Origin: an uncultured bacterium
GTDB taxonomy: Bacteria > Zixibacteria > MSB-5A5 > CAIYYT01
Assembly: GCA_963726455.1 (NCBI GenBank)
Contig: CAVSCK010000004.1
Location: 1,664,001-1,728,000, forward strand
Direction: 5' to 3'
DNA: 64,000 nt
Part shown: one piece after another, positions 51,827-61,677 of the stretch
How positions within the stretch are numbered: position 1 is the first letter of the stretch
Layout: each line of letters opens with the position of its first letter
The notes under the pieces: model-generated
The model's database searches: none
What the model saw: the letters and a program-made list of their open reading frames with translations, nothing else
What the model was told of the DNA's origin: nothing
Program-made: the position numbers and the translations under genes

Positions 51827-52956
51827 ACTGACTCCGTTCTTACTGCCGTCACCGGACGCGGTCGGCGGCGCAAGTAGTGATTCAGATCAACTCGAATAAC
51901 CAGGAAGACGACGATGCAAAGGATAATGGTCAGGATAATTGACCAGGTGATGTCATATCGTTCTGAAAAGTAGAGCGGGCCCTGCCCCACTTCCGGTGCG
52001 TCGCGACCAACTATTGCAGGAAGGTCATATCGTTCCGCCATCTTGGCCACGTCGGTGAGATTTATTATCGGAATTTGCTGCTCTGCCATTCGGTTAATGA
52101 CGGCCCGTACCGGATAGTTGAGTTCCGGAAGCGTCCGGGCAAAACCGTGCGGTATCAGCCGCGCATTCAGCGCTCCACCGAGACTGGCGAGGCCGCCACC
52201 GATATTGATGTATGCGGCATAATGATGGCTGCCCAAACTTCCTTCGTAGATTTCCATGCGCCTGCTGACGATGTCTTCCAGAGTTTCGCCTTCGATCGAG
52301 CTGACATCATTTCGAGTGATGGCCTTTCGGATCAAGTCCCGGCCTTCGGGCGAAATGCCGCGGCCGATGTCGGCGCCACCACCCAGTGACGCAGCAACAG
52401 ACTTATAGGGCAGCACACCGTTGTCACGCAGAAGTGTCTCCATATCGAGCCAGGTAAAATCCGGCCGGTTGGCGCCCCAGTCGGAAGCGCCCACCGAGGT
52501 GATGACCACCGGCTGCACGCCCGTTGCTCGACAGGCAGCGAGCATGGCGATATTCCAGCCCGGAATCGATCCCGTGAGCCCTACTGCCACCGTGTCGCCC
52601 TTGCGAATTCCGGCTTGATGAAGCAGTTCCACAAACGCAGCGGCAAAATTCGGATTACCGGCAAGAATCTTCGCCGCGCTGACACCTCGATCCGAAGTAA
52701 TCACCGTACGTTCTTCGCCAATCAGGCCGCTGCCCCAGGGATCGTTACGCGAATCCAGCTTGAGTCCTCGATGGCTCAATTCGGTTCTGATCACATCCTG
52801 AGCCCGTGCTGCGAGTTCGGCCGCTTTGATCTTCGTTCGATAACGCGGCTGCTGTATGTTTTGCGACGTGTGTTCGGCCACATAGAAGATAGCCAGGGAC
52901 AGCACTGCCAACATTGCCAGATGCCAATGTGGCACCGGAGATTGGCGGAATTTCAT
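51823..52956 (-). CDS. pgsW: Poly-gamma-glutamate system protein (PgsW-like)
   Basis: DPWGSGLIG, NPNFAA, GDTVAVGLTGSIPGWNIA, SVGASDWGAN and YINIGGG; TM helices at both ends; follows pgsBC. Confidence 0.82.
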   Translation of the reverse strand: MKFRQSPVPHWHLAMLAVLSLAIFYVAEHTSQNIQQPRYRTKIKAAELAARAQDVIRTELSHRGLKLDSRNDPWGSGLIGEERTVITSDRGVSAAKILAGNPNFAAAFVELLHQAGIRKGDTVAVGLTGSIPGWNIAMLAACRATGVQPVVITSVGASDWGANRPDFTWLDMETLLRDNGVLPYKSVAASLGGGADIGRGISPEGRDLIRKAITRNDVSSIEGETLEDIVSRRMEIYEGSLGSHHYAAYINIGGGLASLGGALNARLIPHGFARTLPELNYPVRAVINRMAEQQIPIINLTDVAKMAERYDLPAIVGRDAPEVGQGPLYFSERYDITWSIILTIILCIVVFLVIRVDLNHYLRRRPRPVTAVRTESV

Positions 52957-53444
52957 AGCCACAGGTCCTTTCCCAGCGAGACATCACCGCCCGACAGAAT
53001 CATGAGCAAGAGTCTGATGATAACTGCCGCGATAATCATCATCGAAAGTGTTGCGACTACGCCTTGCCGCTCCATCCAGTTGGCGATCAGGCCGGGAATC
53101 ACAAGTCCGATGGTCGGAAAAGCATAACGTGCGCCGCCGATATTGATCAGAAACAATTCTCGGGATACCCAGCCAAGCGCGAAACCGATGAGTATTGTGA
53201 AGACAATTCGGCGTCTGCCGTAGATAAAGGCGAATTTGGAAAGGAGCCTCAATATGAGAAAAGTGCCAAGCGCCACAATGATTGTTCCGATGATGCGCAG
53301 GGGCTGATGAATCATCAGTGCCACGTAACCCGGAACGATCATTCCGCCTGCGGCCAGTCCCAGAGTCTCACTGAAAACGAGACTAAGCACAAGCCCGAGA
53401 CCGACTGACTGAAATACCAAATCGCGTAGAGCTTCAGTAAACAA
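52953..53444 (-). CDS. pgsC: Poly-gamma-glutamate biosynthesis membrane protein PgsC/CapC
   Basis: GLAAGGMIVPGYVAL, IYGRRR and IGLVIPGLIANWMERQG; probable TTG start at 53444. Confidence 0.92.
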   Translation of the reverse strand: MFTEALRDLVFQSVGLGLVLSLVFSETLGLAAGGMIVPGYVALMIHQPLRIIGTIIVALGTFLILRLLSKFAFIYGRRRIVFTILIGFALGWVSRELFLINIGGARYAFPTIGLVIPGLIANWMERQGVVATLSMMIIAAVIIRLLLMILSGGDVSLGKDLWL

Positions 53445-54621
53445 TTTCCTTCCCTCTGCTGTAGAATTGGTTGACGATTTCTTCACCGAGTCCAACGATA
53501 TTGCCGATGCCGTATACCACAAGTGGCAGGCCGTCTGCCTCCGCCAGGACGCTCTGAAATATCTGTTGGGCGGACTCTCTGCCAAGATCCCTTATCTTTG
53601 AATCGGAGACGCCAAGCCGGCGGGCTTTGTTGAAAACCGGGGCAGTGCCAAAACCGGTCAACAGATAGAGATCTGCCGGCAATTCCTTGGATATCAGTGT
53701 TCCGAGTTGTTCAGCCCTCTCCACCCTGTCCTCGCGGCAATTGAGTATTACGACGGTTCTGGCGTCAATCGGAATCCAGCTCCCGAGTCGGCCCCAGGTA
53801 ATTCGGTAGGAATCGGGATCATTCATGGCGAAAGCATTGATAAAGGTTATCCGTTTTTCATCAATCGCCAACCTGTAGACGCGCAGAGCACCCGGGTCAG
53901 GATTGCAGGCGTACATTCCTCGCAGCGCAACTTCTCTGTCAATTCCAAACGCGGCGCAGACGGATAATGCCAACGCTACGTTCTCTGCATGCTCAAAGTA
54001 GCTGAAACCCCTCATCATTTCGTCGGTGACGGACTCGGCCAGGGACACATGTACAACGCTTCCCCGCCGCTCGGCGATTTCGCAGAGAATTCCCAGGTGC
54101 TGCCGCTCCGCCGTGAAGAATTGTCCCTGCTTCGAAATGGTTCGCGCCAGATTGCGGGCAACATCAGGTACCGTCGGACCCATTTCGGCGAGATGGTCGG
54201 CACGGGCATTGGTAATGACTGAATGCGTGGACTTGATCATTTGTTCTTCGACCACGGTCTGCAGTTCCGGCGTGACAGCCATGCACTCTGTTACAAACGC
54301 CTCCGCTCGCAGCTCGTAAGCCCGACGAACTATCCGCAACTGTTCGATAAGGTTCGCCTTGCCGGCACGGATGACCGGAACCTCGCTGCCATCATCGTAG
54401 ATGAATCTCGGCTTGGTACCTGTTGTCTTGGCTACCGTTCTGAGTCCGCCCGCGCGGAGACCGGCTGCGATTAATCTCGTGACCGACGATTTGCCGCGAG
54501 TCCCATTTACGTGAACACGAATCGGTATGCTTTTCAGGAACAATTGGTGCCGTCGAAAGCGATAGGCCTCGTAGCCGGTCACTATCACGAGAAGTACAAG
54601 GACAACCAATATGCCATTCAT
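53434..54621 (-). CDS. pgsB: Poly-gamma-glutamate synthase PgsB/CapB
   Basis: HVNGTRGKSSVTRLIAAGL, KTTGT, ECMAV.P, TNARADH, PDPGAL, NAFAMNDPDS and NCREDR. Confidence 0.95.
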   Translation of the reverse strand: MNGILVVLVLLVIVTGYEAYRFRRHQLFLKSIPIRVHVNGTRGKSSVTRLIAAGLRAGGLRTVAKTTGTKPRFIYDDGSEVPVIRAGKANLIEQLRIVRRAYELRAEAFVTECMAVTPELQTVVEEQMIKSTHSVITNARADHLAEMGPTVPDVARNLARTISKQGQFFTAERQHLGILCEIAERRGSVVHVSLAESVTDEMMRGFSYFEHAENVALALSVCAAFGIDREVALRGMYACNPDPGALRVYRLAIDEKRITFINAFAMNDPDSYRITWGRLGSWIPIDARTVVILNCREDRVERAEQLGTLISKELPADLYLLTGFGTAPVFNKARRLGVSDSKIRDLGRESAQQIFQSVLAEADGLPLVVYGIGNIVGLGEEIVNQFYSRGKEIVY

Positions 54622-54715
54622 ATGGCCTCGTATATGAAAACCTTACGGAAACTTGGGTGTCATTCAATCTGGCCGAAGCTTAATCCGGGCTCCGTTGCGA
54701 CACCTCTGAGAATAT

Positions 54716-56923
54716 CTACCCGCAATGCGGAACTGCACCGCCGGCAAAAATGTACTGAATTAGAAAGACGGCGTCGGAGATGTCGACGTTCAAATCGCCG
54801 TTGGCATCGCCCTGGCCGTAGGGATAGTTGCAGTCTCCCGGCCGTGCACCACCGGAAAAGATATACTGTATCAGAAAGACGGCATCGGAAATATCAATAT
54901 TGCCATCGCTGTTGGCGTCGCCACAGGTTGTGCAAGCACCGAGTCCGTTGTAAGTACGCCTGAATACTCCCGAGGTATCACTTCCGATCCAGAGTTCTGG
55001 AGGCGAAGTCCCAGGGCGCATAGCGACTGTCCAGAGATCAAGCGAGCGCATGCCGGTATTGTACGCTGTCCAAGTCGCACCACCATCTTCGGACACGAAC
55101 AGGCCGCCTCCGAAGGTTGCTGTGAACATGAAGTTGACATTCAACGGATCGACTAGAACATGTCGCACGGAATTGACCGTCGGCAGACTGAAGAAGAGAC
55201 TCCAACTGGCGCCGGCGTTTGTACTCCGATAGATACGCCCCGAGTCGCTCCCGACATAGACATAGTTGGCGCGAGTCGGATCAAAATCGATCGTGCGCAT
55301 GTACATGTCGGAAGGCAGAAACCCGGCGGAACTCGTCAAATGAGCCCATGTCGTTCCACCGTTTGTGCTTCGAAAGAGGAAACTGGAATCCGTGCCGGCC
55401 AAGACCAGGCCTGATGTAAGGGGCGAAATCGCCAGTGAATGAATGGAGGTACTAAACGGAATCGTCGCGCCATTTGTGTTTGTCCAGCTCGTTCCGGCAT
55501 CAGTGGATTTGTATACTCCGTTTCCGGTTCCGGCATAGACGACATTGGCGTTGAAGGGATCCGCATCTACAGCCCTTACGAAGTGGTTTACGTTGAGTGT
55601 ATCGGTCAAGGTCCAGGTGAGGCCCTGATCCGCACTCTTGATAACTCCCGTTCCATATTGTGCTCCGTACAGAACCCCCGTGGTGGATCTGGAAAGGCGA
55701 AAAATGGAACTGTATGAGCCAACGGAATCTGCGACCCAGGCAACTCCATTATTGTCCGAATGAAAGATCCGATCGCCAAATCCGGCGCAGATGATGATGC
55801 GCCCGGAAGGTGTAAAGACGATGTCGCGGATGCTCGTACCCATCATGCCGGAAATCGCCGGCGAAAATGTCTTGGCGCTATCAACCGAGCGATAAGCGCC
55901 CACGTTGTCGAAACCCATCATCACGTCAGCTCCTCCGGCAAACTCGAAAGCGCCTTCCGGGATGTCAGGAATTCCCGGAATTCCGGCCGCGGCGGACCAG
56001 CCATTTGTCGAGTCGGCTGCCGCCTGTCGGCGATAGACGCCGCAGGTGGAATCGGTTCCGGATAGACGATAGCCGGAAGTAAGCCCGGTCGTGTTGACGC
56101 GAACGCTTGGAAGAGGTTTCGGAGTAGTAGTGCCGTCGATATTGCCAAAGTTTACTCCCCCGTTTGTCGATTGGTAGACTCCTTTGAGAGCTGTCCCCAT
56201 AATGAAAGTTGTCGCCGGACTTGCAGGAGAAACTGAGATGGACATGACGCTACTGCGTATGCCAATGGCTCTCTGCATCTGCTTCCACGTTAGTCCGCCG
56301 TCATACGACCCAAACAGCGCTCCCCCGGTGGTGACGTCGGCGATTGAGCCGCCAACGTAGATCGAATCTGCGCCAAATCGGGCAACAATACGCAAATGGT
56401 GCATAGCTTCATTGGACACGGGATCATACACTGTCGACTTTGTCCACGTCAGCCCGTCATTGATGCTGCGATAGAAATCGTCACCATAGGTCGCTGCGAA
56501 CCAGTGGCCGGTCGCCGGATCAAACGCCAGCGATCGGACGGAGAAAGCCGTCGTTTGGACGGGCACCCAGGTATGGCCACCGTCAGTGCTGCGCGCGATA
56601 TTGTCGTTGGTGCCGCATAACATGATACTTGAGGAACGCGCCACTATCGTGCGAACGTATGTGTTCGTCAATCCGGTCTTGTAATTGGTCCACGTTGTGC
56701 CGGCGTTCAAACTCACGAATACTCCCCATCCAAATGAGGCAGCCACAATCATGCCTGCATTATCCGCCGGGCTGGAAAATGCACGAATGTTCTTTGCGTA
56801 GGGACCTACGCCATTCCATTGAGCGTAAGTCGCCTGAAAGAAACCGCAGGACACCAAGACGAAAATGATGGTGATGGAAAAGAATCTCAGTAATCCGGCT
56901 GGACAGTGTGGGTTTTGATGCAT
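54716..56923 (-). CDS. Secreted BNR/Asp-box beta-propeller protein with C-terminal dockerin-type domain
   Basis: Many SxDxGxTW Asp-box repeats; duplicated GDANxDxxxDISDAVFLIQYIF. Confidence 0.88.
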   Translation of the reverse strand: MHQNPHCPAGLLRFFSITIIFVLVSCGFFQATYAQWNGVGPYAKNIRAFSSPADNAGMIVAASFGWGVFVSLNAGTTWTNYKTGLTNTYVRTIVARSSSIMLCGTNDNIARSTDGGHTWVPVQTTAFSVRSLAFDPATGHWFAATYGDDFYRSINDGLTWTKSTVYDPVSNEAMHHLRIVARFGADSIYVGGSIADVTTGGALFGSYDGGLTWKQMQRAIGIRSSVMSISVSPASPATTFIMGTALKGVYQSTNGGVNFGNIDGTTTPKPLPSVRVNTTGLTSGYRLSGTDSTCGVYRRQAAADSTNGWSAAAGIPGIPDIPEGAFEFAGGADVMMGFDNVGAYRSVDSAKTFSPAISGMMGTSIRDIVFTPSGRIIICAGFGDRIFHSDNNGVAWVADSVGSYSSIFRLSRSTTGVLYGAQYGTGVIKSADQGLTWTLTDTLNVNHFVRAVDADPFNANVVYAGTGNGVYKSTDAGTSWTNTNGATIPFSTSIHSLAISPLTSGLVLAGTDSSFLFRSTNGGTTWAHLTSSAGFLPSDMYMRTIDFDPTRANYVYVGSDSGRIYRSTNAGASWSLFFSLPTVNSVRHVLVDPLNVNFMFTATFGGGLFVSEDGGATWTAYNTGMRSLDLWTVAMRPGTSPPELWIGSDTSGVFRRTYNGLGACTTCGDANSDGNIDISDAVFLIQYIFSGGARPGDCNYPYGQGDANGDLNVDISDAVFLIQYIFAGGAVPHCG

Positions 56924-57373
56924 AGCTACTCCTGAATTTCGTGATGGGATCAGAGTTCAGGTACTGCTGTAGGCAAGTAAACAATACTTAATGTACCCGA
57001 ATTTCTTTCCTTGTCAAGCTGAAAGTGCCCTTTGTCGCCCTGAGAGTGAACATCAATACTTAATCGAGAAGCTGCCGCACTCTTTGTCAATTCAGTCATC
57101 TGGTAACTCATTATGGGATTTGACTAAAGCAGGGTGCGTAATGATAGTTGGACAGAGACTTGTCAGCACTTTCAGACCCTTTGTTAACGCAAACATTGCT
57201 CGATAACGACACTGTCACACATTGACTAACTAGACCGCCGAACTCGATGATATCGTTTGTATACGTTAGGTTTGTTGCAGGCATTTGCACACAGGTATAA
57301 AGAGTGGTTTTGCAGGTCGATTCTGCCAAGTGCCAGACCACCATAGAATTCCAGATTAGTTATCATTCCTCAT

Positions 57374-57402
57374 TTGACATTTGTTGAGCCTTATTGTAAA
57401 CT
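57374..57402 (+). promoter_or_regulatory. sigma70 promoter of the HTH-EIIA / ehr operon
   Basis: TTGACA, 17 nt, TAAACT, 45 nt upstream of the start. Confidence 0.65.
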
Positions 57403-57446
57403 TGCATCCCAAGATGAGACTCTGAGAGAGCGACAAGGATTCACCA

Positions 57447-58127
57447 GTGACTTTGAACGTTCGCGATGCAGCCAAACTGCTAGATGTTTCCGAGAAGACG
57501 ATTTATCGGTGGATTTCACAACAGAAACTGCCGGCTTCCCGTGTTGGCGATCAATATCGCCTGAACAAAGCAGAACTCTTGGAATGGGCAACCACAAATC
57601 AGGTCCAAATCTCACCCAAGATCTTCCAGGAGGATGGATCTGATCAGGTTATAAGTCTGGAAGAAGGTTTGAGAGCAGGAGGAGTCTTCTATCGGGTCGG
57701 AGGCCTGGACAAAGTATCGGTCATCAAGGAAGTCGTGCAAATAATGCCTCTGCCTGATGAAGTTGACCGCGCCTACTTGCTGGAAGTGTTGCTGGCTCGC
57801 GAGTCGCTCGGCTCCACAGGCATTGGAGGAGGCATAGCGATTCCGCACGTCAGAAATCCCATCGTGATGCACATACCCAAACCGATGGTTTCGCTTTGCT
57901 TTCTTGAATACCCCATCGAATTTGGTGCTATCGATCACTTGCCGGTTCATACTCTCTTTGCCATCGTCAGTCCGGCGATAAAGGCGCATCTGAAATTGCT
58001 TTCCAGCTTAGCTTTCGCCTTGCGTGATCCGGAATTTGCCAAGATTATCGAACATCAAGGTATGAGGGACGAGGTCTTCGTTGCTGCGAAACGTATTGAC
58101 GATCTCGTTTGTCCCCGGTCTGAATAG
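57447..58127 (+). CDS. Excisionase-type HTH fused to a PTS EIIA (PtsN-like) domain
   Basis: LNVRDAAKLLDVSEKTIYRWI..RVGDQYR (HTH_17); RESLGSTGIGGGIAIPH with the phosphorylatable His. Confidence 0.9.
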   Translation: MTLNVRDAAKLLDVSEKTIYRWISQQKLPASRVGDQYRLNKAELLEWATTNQVQISPKIFQEDGSDQVISLEEGLRAGGVFYRVGGLDKVSVIKEVVQIMPLPDEVDRAYLLEVLLARESLGSTGIGGGIAIPHVRNPIVMHIPKPMVSLCFLEYPIEFGAIDHLPVHTLFAIVSPAIKAHLKLLSSLAFALRDPEFAKIIEHQGMRDEVFVAAKRIDDLVCPRSE

Positions 58128-58154
58128 AACCAAATAGAACTGATTGACAACTCA

Positions 58155-60107
58155 ATGCAATTGTTCCTGGCTGGTATTGTCGTTTACCTGATTGGCGCGG
58201 TCTGGTCTTTGTCTGTCCGCAACAAAACGTCACAGTTGGTCGGACCTGTCTCTGCGGTCTTCGGCGCTTCACTTTGCGCAGCCGCAAGCATTCAGGTCAT
58301 GCTTGGAAATAGTCTCGATTTGGTAATTCCCTGGGCGTTCCCAATAGGAGTCTTCCATATCGGCCTTGATCCGTTATCCGCGATCTTTGTCCTGCCGGTC
58401 GCGGTGGTCAGTGCCCTGGCCGCCATCTACGGACGCGGATATTTGCACGGGAGTATCGAGGGCAAGAAGCTCTCCTACGCCTGGTCTCTGTTCAATTTCT
58501 TCATCGCCTCCATGTATCTCGTTCTCGCAGCCAGAAACGGGTTTCTGTTCTTGTTCGCCTGGGAACTCATGTCGCTTTCATCATTCTTCCTCGTAGTGTT
58601 CAATCATCAGAAAGAGGAAGTCGGGAAAGCGGGCTGGATCTATTTTATAACCTCGCATATCGGCGTGGCGTTTCTACTCGTGGTATTTCTTTTGCTCGAT
58701 CCGTCCGGTACCTTGGAATTCGACAAACTCACAGCCGGCGGCCGGATGGCGTCGATTGTCTTTGTGCTCGGACTAATTGGCTTCGGCCTGAAAGCCGGGC
58801 TCGTCCCTCTTCATGTGTGGTTGCCTGAAGCACACCCTGCCGCACCATCGCATGTCTCGGCGGTGATGAGCGGCGTCATGATAAAGATGGGAATTTACGG
58901 GGTGTTGCGAATGCTGTTATTCCTTGGTGATCCAAGTCCGTGGTGGGGCTGGACGTTGGTCATAGTTGGGTCTGTGTCAGGCATACTCGGTGTGTTGTTT
59001 GCATTGGCGCAGCACGATCTCAAACGTCTCCTCGCCTATCATAGTGTGGAGAATATTGGAATCATCGTTCTCGGACTCGGGATTGGTGTTCTCGGCATTT
59101 GCTCGGGCAACGCCTTCGTGGCGACTATGGGATTTTGCGGTGGAATCCTGCACGTGCTTAACCACGCGATATTCAAGAGTCTGCTCTTTATGGGTGCGGG
59201 CGCCGTGCAACGCGCGACCGGGACGCTTCGACTCGATCGTCTCGGAGGACTGCTCAAACGGATGCCGACGACAGGGATGACATTTCTCGTAGGTTCGGTT
59301 GCGATATCGGCTTTGCCACCTCTTAATGGTTTTGTCAGCGAATTCCTAATTTATCTCTCATCACTGTCGTTCGTCTTTGGCGTCGGAAAGCCATGGGCGG
59401 GAGTTCTCGTACTCGCCAGCCTTGCGATCATCGGCGGACTTGCAGCCGCTTGTTTCAGCAAAGCATTTGGAATAGTCTTTCTGGGAGAAGCCCGGAGCGA
59501 CGAGGCGCGCTCGGGGAGTGAGCAGTCCATCTCGATGCGCTTTTCAATGATATCACTGGCAGGACTCTGTGTGGTGATGGGTGTAGGCGCTATCTGGATG
59601 CTGAAACTAGTTCTTCCTGTAGCTGATATGTTCGTACCCTCACGATTGCTTCAGGTTCCGCTCAACATCCCACTCGCTGCTTTGCTCCGAATCACAATCG
59701 TGGCTCTGTTGTTGATCGGTTTCGCGTTGTTAATCGCCCTCCTGCGCAAGCTGCTGCTTGCGAAACGCACAGTTCGAGAAGGAGAAACCTGGGGCTGCGG
59801 TTATGTTACGCCGACCCCCCGAATGCAGTACACCGCTTCGTCGTATGCCGAACCGATAATTGAAATGTTCAGAGGTATTCTCAGACCAAAGACGACGGCA
59901 AAAGGAATCGAGGGATTCTTCCCGCAGAAGGCAAGCTTCCACTCCCACGTTGACGATCCTTTCATGAACCGCTTGTTCAAGCCCGCCTTCGGCGGAATTC
60001 TGTGGGTAGCGGGGGAATTGAAACGCATTAAGACCGGTCAGATGCATCACTACGTGCTCTATATCGCTCTCACTATTCTGGTGTTGCTTATCTGGAGACT
60101 GGGATAA
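58155..60107 (+). CDS. Hydrogenase-4 component B-like proton-conducting membrane subunit (Ehr complex)
   Basis: WELMS, KAGLVPLHVWLPEAHPAAPSHVSA, KRLLAYHSVENIG and WGCGY..RMQYTASS. Confidence 0.92.
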   Translation: MQLFLAGIVVYLIGAVWSLSVRNKTSQLVGPVSAVFGASLCAAASIQVMLGNSLDLVIPWAFPIGVFHIGLDPLSAIFVLPVAVVSALAAIYGRGYLHGSIEGKKLSYAWSLFNFFIASMYLVLAARNGFLFLFAWELMSLSSFFLVVFNHQKEEVGKAGWIYFITSHIGVAFLLVVFLLLDPSGTLEFDKLTAGGRMASIVFVLGLIGFGLKAGLVPLHVWLPEAHPAAPSHVSAVMSGVMIKMGIYGVLRMLLFLGDPSPWWGWTLVIVGSVSGILGVLFALAQHDLKRLLAYHSVENIGIIVLGLGIGVLGICSGNAFVATMGFCGGILHVLNHAIFKSLLFMGAGAVQRATGTLRLDRLGGLLKRMPTTGMTFLVGSVAISALPPLNGFVSEFLIYLSSLSFVFGVGKPWAGVLVLASLAIIGGLAAACFSKAFGIVFLGEARSDEARSGSEQSISMRFSMISLAGLCVVMGVGAIWMLKLVLPVADMFVPSRLLQVPLNIPLAALLRITIVALLLIGFALLIALLRKLLLAKRTVREGETWGCGYVTPTPRMQYTASSYAEPIIEMFRGILRPKTTAKGIEGFFPQKASFHSHVDDPFMNRLFKPAFGGILWVAGELKRIKTGQMHHYVLYIALTILVLLIWRLG

Positions 60108-60110
60108 TCG

Positions 60111-61031
60111 ATGCCGCTCTATTGGTCAATTGCCCATTTGGCGCTGGCGCTGATTCTGAGTCCACTTCTACTCGGAGTCATAAACCGCGTGAAGGCATTC
60201 TTCGGAGGCCGCAAGGGATCGCGGCTACTGCAACCGTACTACGATATCTTCAAGCTGCTGCGAAAGGGAGCCGTCTACAGCCGAACCACGAGTTGGATCT
60301 TCCGAGCCGGTCCAGTAATTGGACTGGCGTCGATCCTGGCAGCACTAACACTGGCGCCGTTGGGAACTACGCACGCGCTGATCGCATTTCCCGGCGACGT
60401 AATCCTGTTGGCCTATCTGCTGGGATTGGCGCGATTTGCCACTGTGATTGCGGCTTTGGACACCGGGTCTTCATTTGAGGGCATGGGAGCAAGCCGCGAA
60501 GTGCAGTTCGCTGTTCTGGCCGAGCTGGCATTTCTGCTGGGAATGGTGGCACTGGCAATTCTGGGAAAGAGTTTCTCGCTGTCGCAGTTTTACAGCGGCT
60601 CCGGAATAGATGAATTGCCACGAATGAATGCCGTCGTTCATCTGCTTGTAGCTTCGGCATTCCTAATCGTCCTGCTGACTGAAAACTCTCGCATCCCGAT
60701 TGACGATCCCAGCACGCACTTGGAGTTGACCATGATTCATGAGGTCATGATCCTCGATCACAGTGGCGTGGATCTCGGAATGATCGAGATTGGTTCCTGC
60801 CTCCGGCTCTGGATATTCGGCGCCTTGTTCGTCGGCGCGGCATTGCCGGTGAGCACCGCATACCCCGCCATCAATCTGGCCGTCAGTCTGATCGGCTTGT
60901 TTGGGTTGGCCGTCCTGGTCGGAGTGATCGAATCCAGTATGGCGCGTCTGCGACTTCTCAGGATACCGCAGTTGCTCGTCACGTCCTGTATTCTGTCGCT
61001 ACTGGCCTTGATTGCGGCAGTGAGGTTGTAA
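60111..61031 (+). CDS. HyfC/HycD (NuoH-like) membrane subunit
   Basis: GRKG..LLQPYYDIFKL, DTGSSFEGMGASRE and ENSRIPIDDP.THLELTMIHE. Confidence 0.92.
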   Translation: MPLYWSIAHLALALILSPLLLGVINRVKAFFGGRKGSRLLQPYYDIFKLLRKGAVYSRTTSWIFRAGPVIGLASILAALTLAPLGTTHALIAFPGDVILLAYLLGLARFATVIAALDTGSSFEGMGASREVQFAVLAELAFLLGMVALAILGKSFSLSQFYSGSGIDELPRMNAVVHLLVASAFLIVLLTENSRIPIDDPSTHLELTMIHEVMILDHSGVDLGMIEIGSCLRLWIFGALFVGAALPVSTAYPAINLAVSLIGLFGLAVLVGVIESSMARLRLLRIPQLLVTSCILSLLALIAAVRL

Positions 61032-61676
61032 ATGGAAGATCTCGTTAGCATACTGTCGGTACTGCTGATACTGCTCAATTTCCGTTTGTTGGGCACAAGT
61101 CGACTGGCAGCCGGCGTACAAACTGCCGCGCTTCAGGCAATTGTGCTTGGTGTGTTGCCGGTGTTGGTCAATCCGTCGATTTCCCTGCAAGTTATTCTGG
61201 TTCTCGTAGTGGCAACCGTACTCAAAGCGGGCGTCTTGCCCTGGCTGATTAGGCGTTCGGCACGGGAGGCATCAGTCCAGCGGGAAGTCGATCCCGTTCT
61301 GGGATTTGCTACATCACTTCTCGCGGGCGTCATTTTGCTCGCACTTTGCATCACGATTACAAATCGTTTGCACCTACCCGCTGAGGCCAGATCGGGATTT
61401 CTAATACCCGTTGCCTTGTTCACAGTATTCAGCGGTCTCTTCTTGATAATATTCCGACGCAAGGCAGTGACTCAGGTTCTGGGCTATCTCGTCATGGAAA
61501 ATGGCATTTACCTGTTCGGTATGGCATTTGCCGTGCATGAAGCATTCCTCGTGGAGATGGGGGTTCTGCTCGATGTTTTCGCAGCAGTCTTTGTGATGGG
61601 TATTGCGATCTATCACATCAGCCGCGAATTCGACCACGTCGATACCGACCGAATGTCGTCGGAGTCGGAGCAATAG
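61032..61676 (+). CDS. HyfE-like membrane subunit
   Basis: QVLGYLVMENGI..VEMGVLLD motif; operon position. Confidence 0.9.
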   Translation: MEDLVSILSVLLILLNFRLLGTSRLAAGVQTAALQAIVLGVLPVLVNPSISLQVILVLVVATVLKAGVLPWLIRRSAREASVQREVDPVLGFATSLLAGVILLALCITITNRLHLPAEARSGFLIPVALFTVFSGLFLIIFRRKAVTQVLGYLVMENGIYLFGMAFAVHEAFLVEMGVLLDVFAAVFVMGIAIYHISREFDHVDTDRMSSESEQ

Positions 61677-61677
61677 G

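Noticed and set aside
54716-54930. Cellulosome component
   Set aside because: A dockerin-like motif is present, but no cohesin/scaffoldin or recognisable cellulase catalytic domain is seen.
57447-57600. Excisionase indicating a mobile element
   Set aside because: The HTH is fused in frame to a PTS EIIA domain and heads a metabolic operon; no integrase is nearby.
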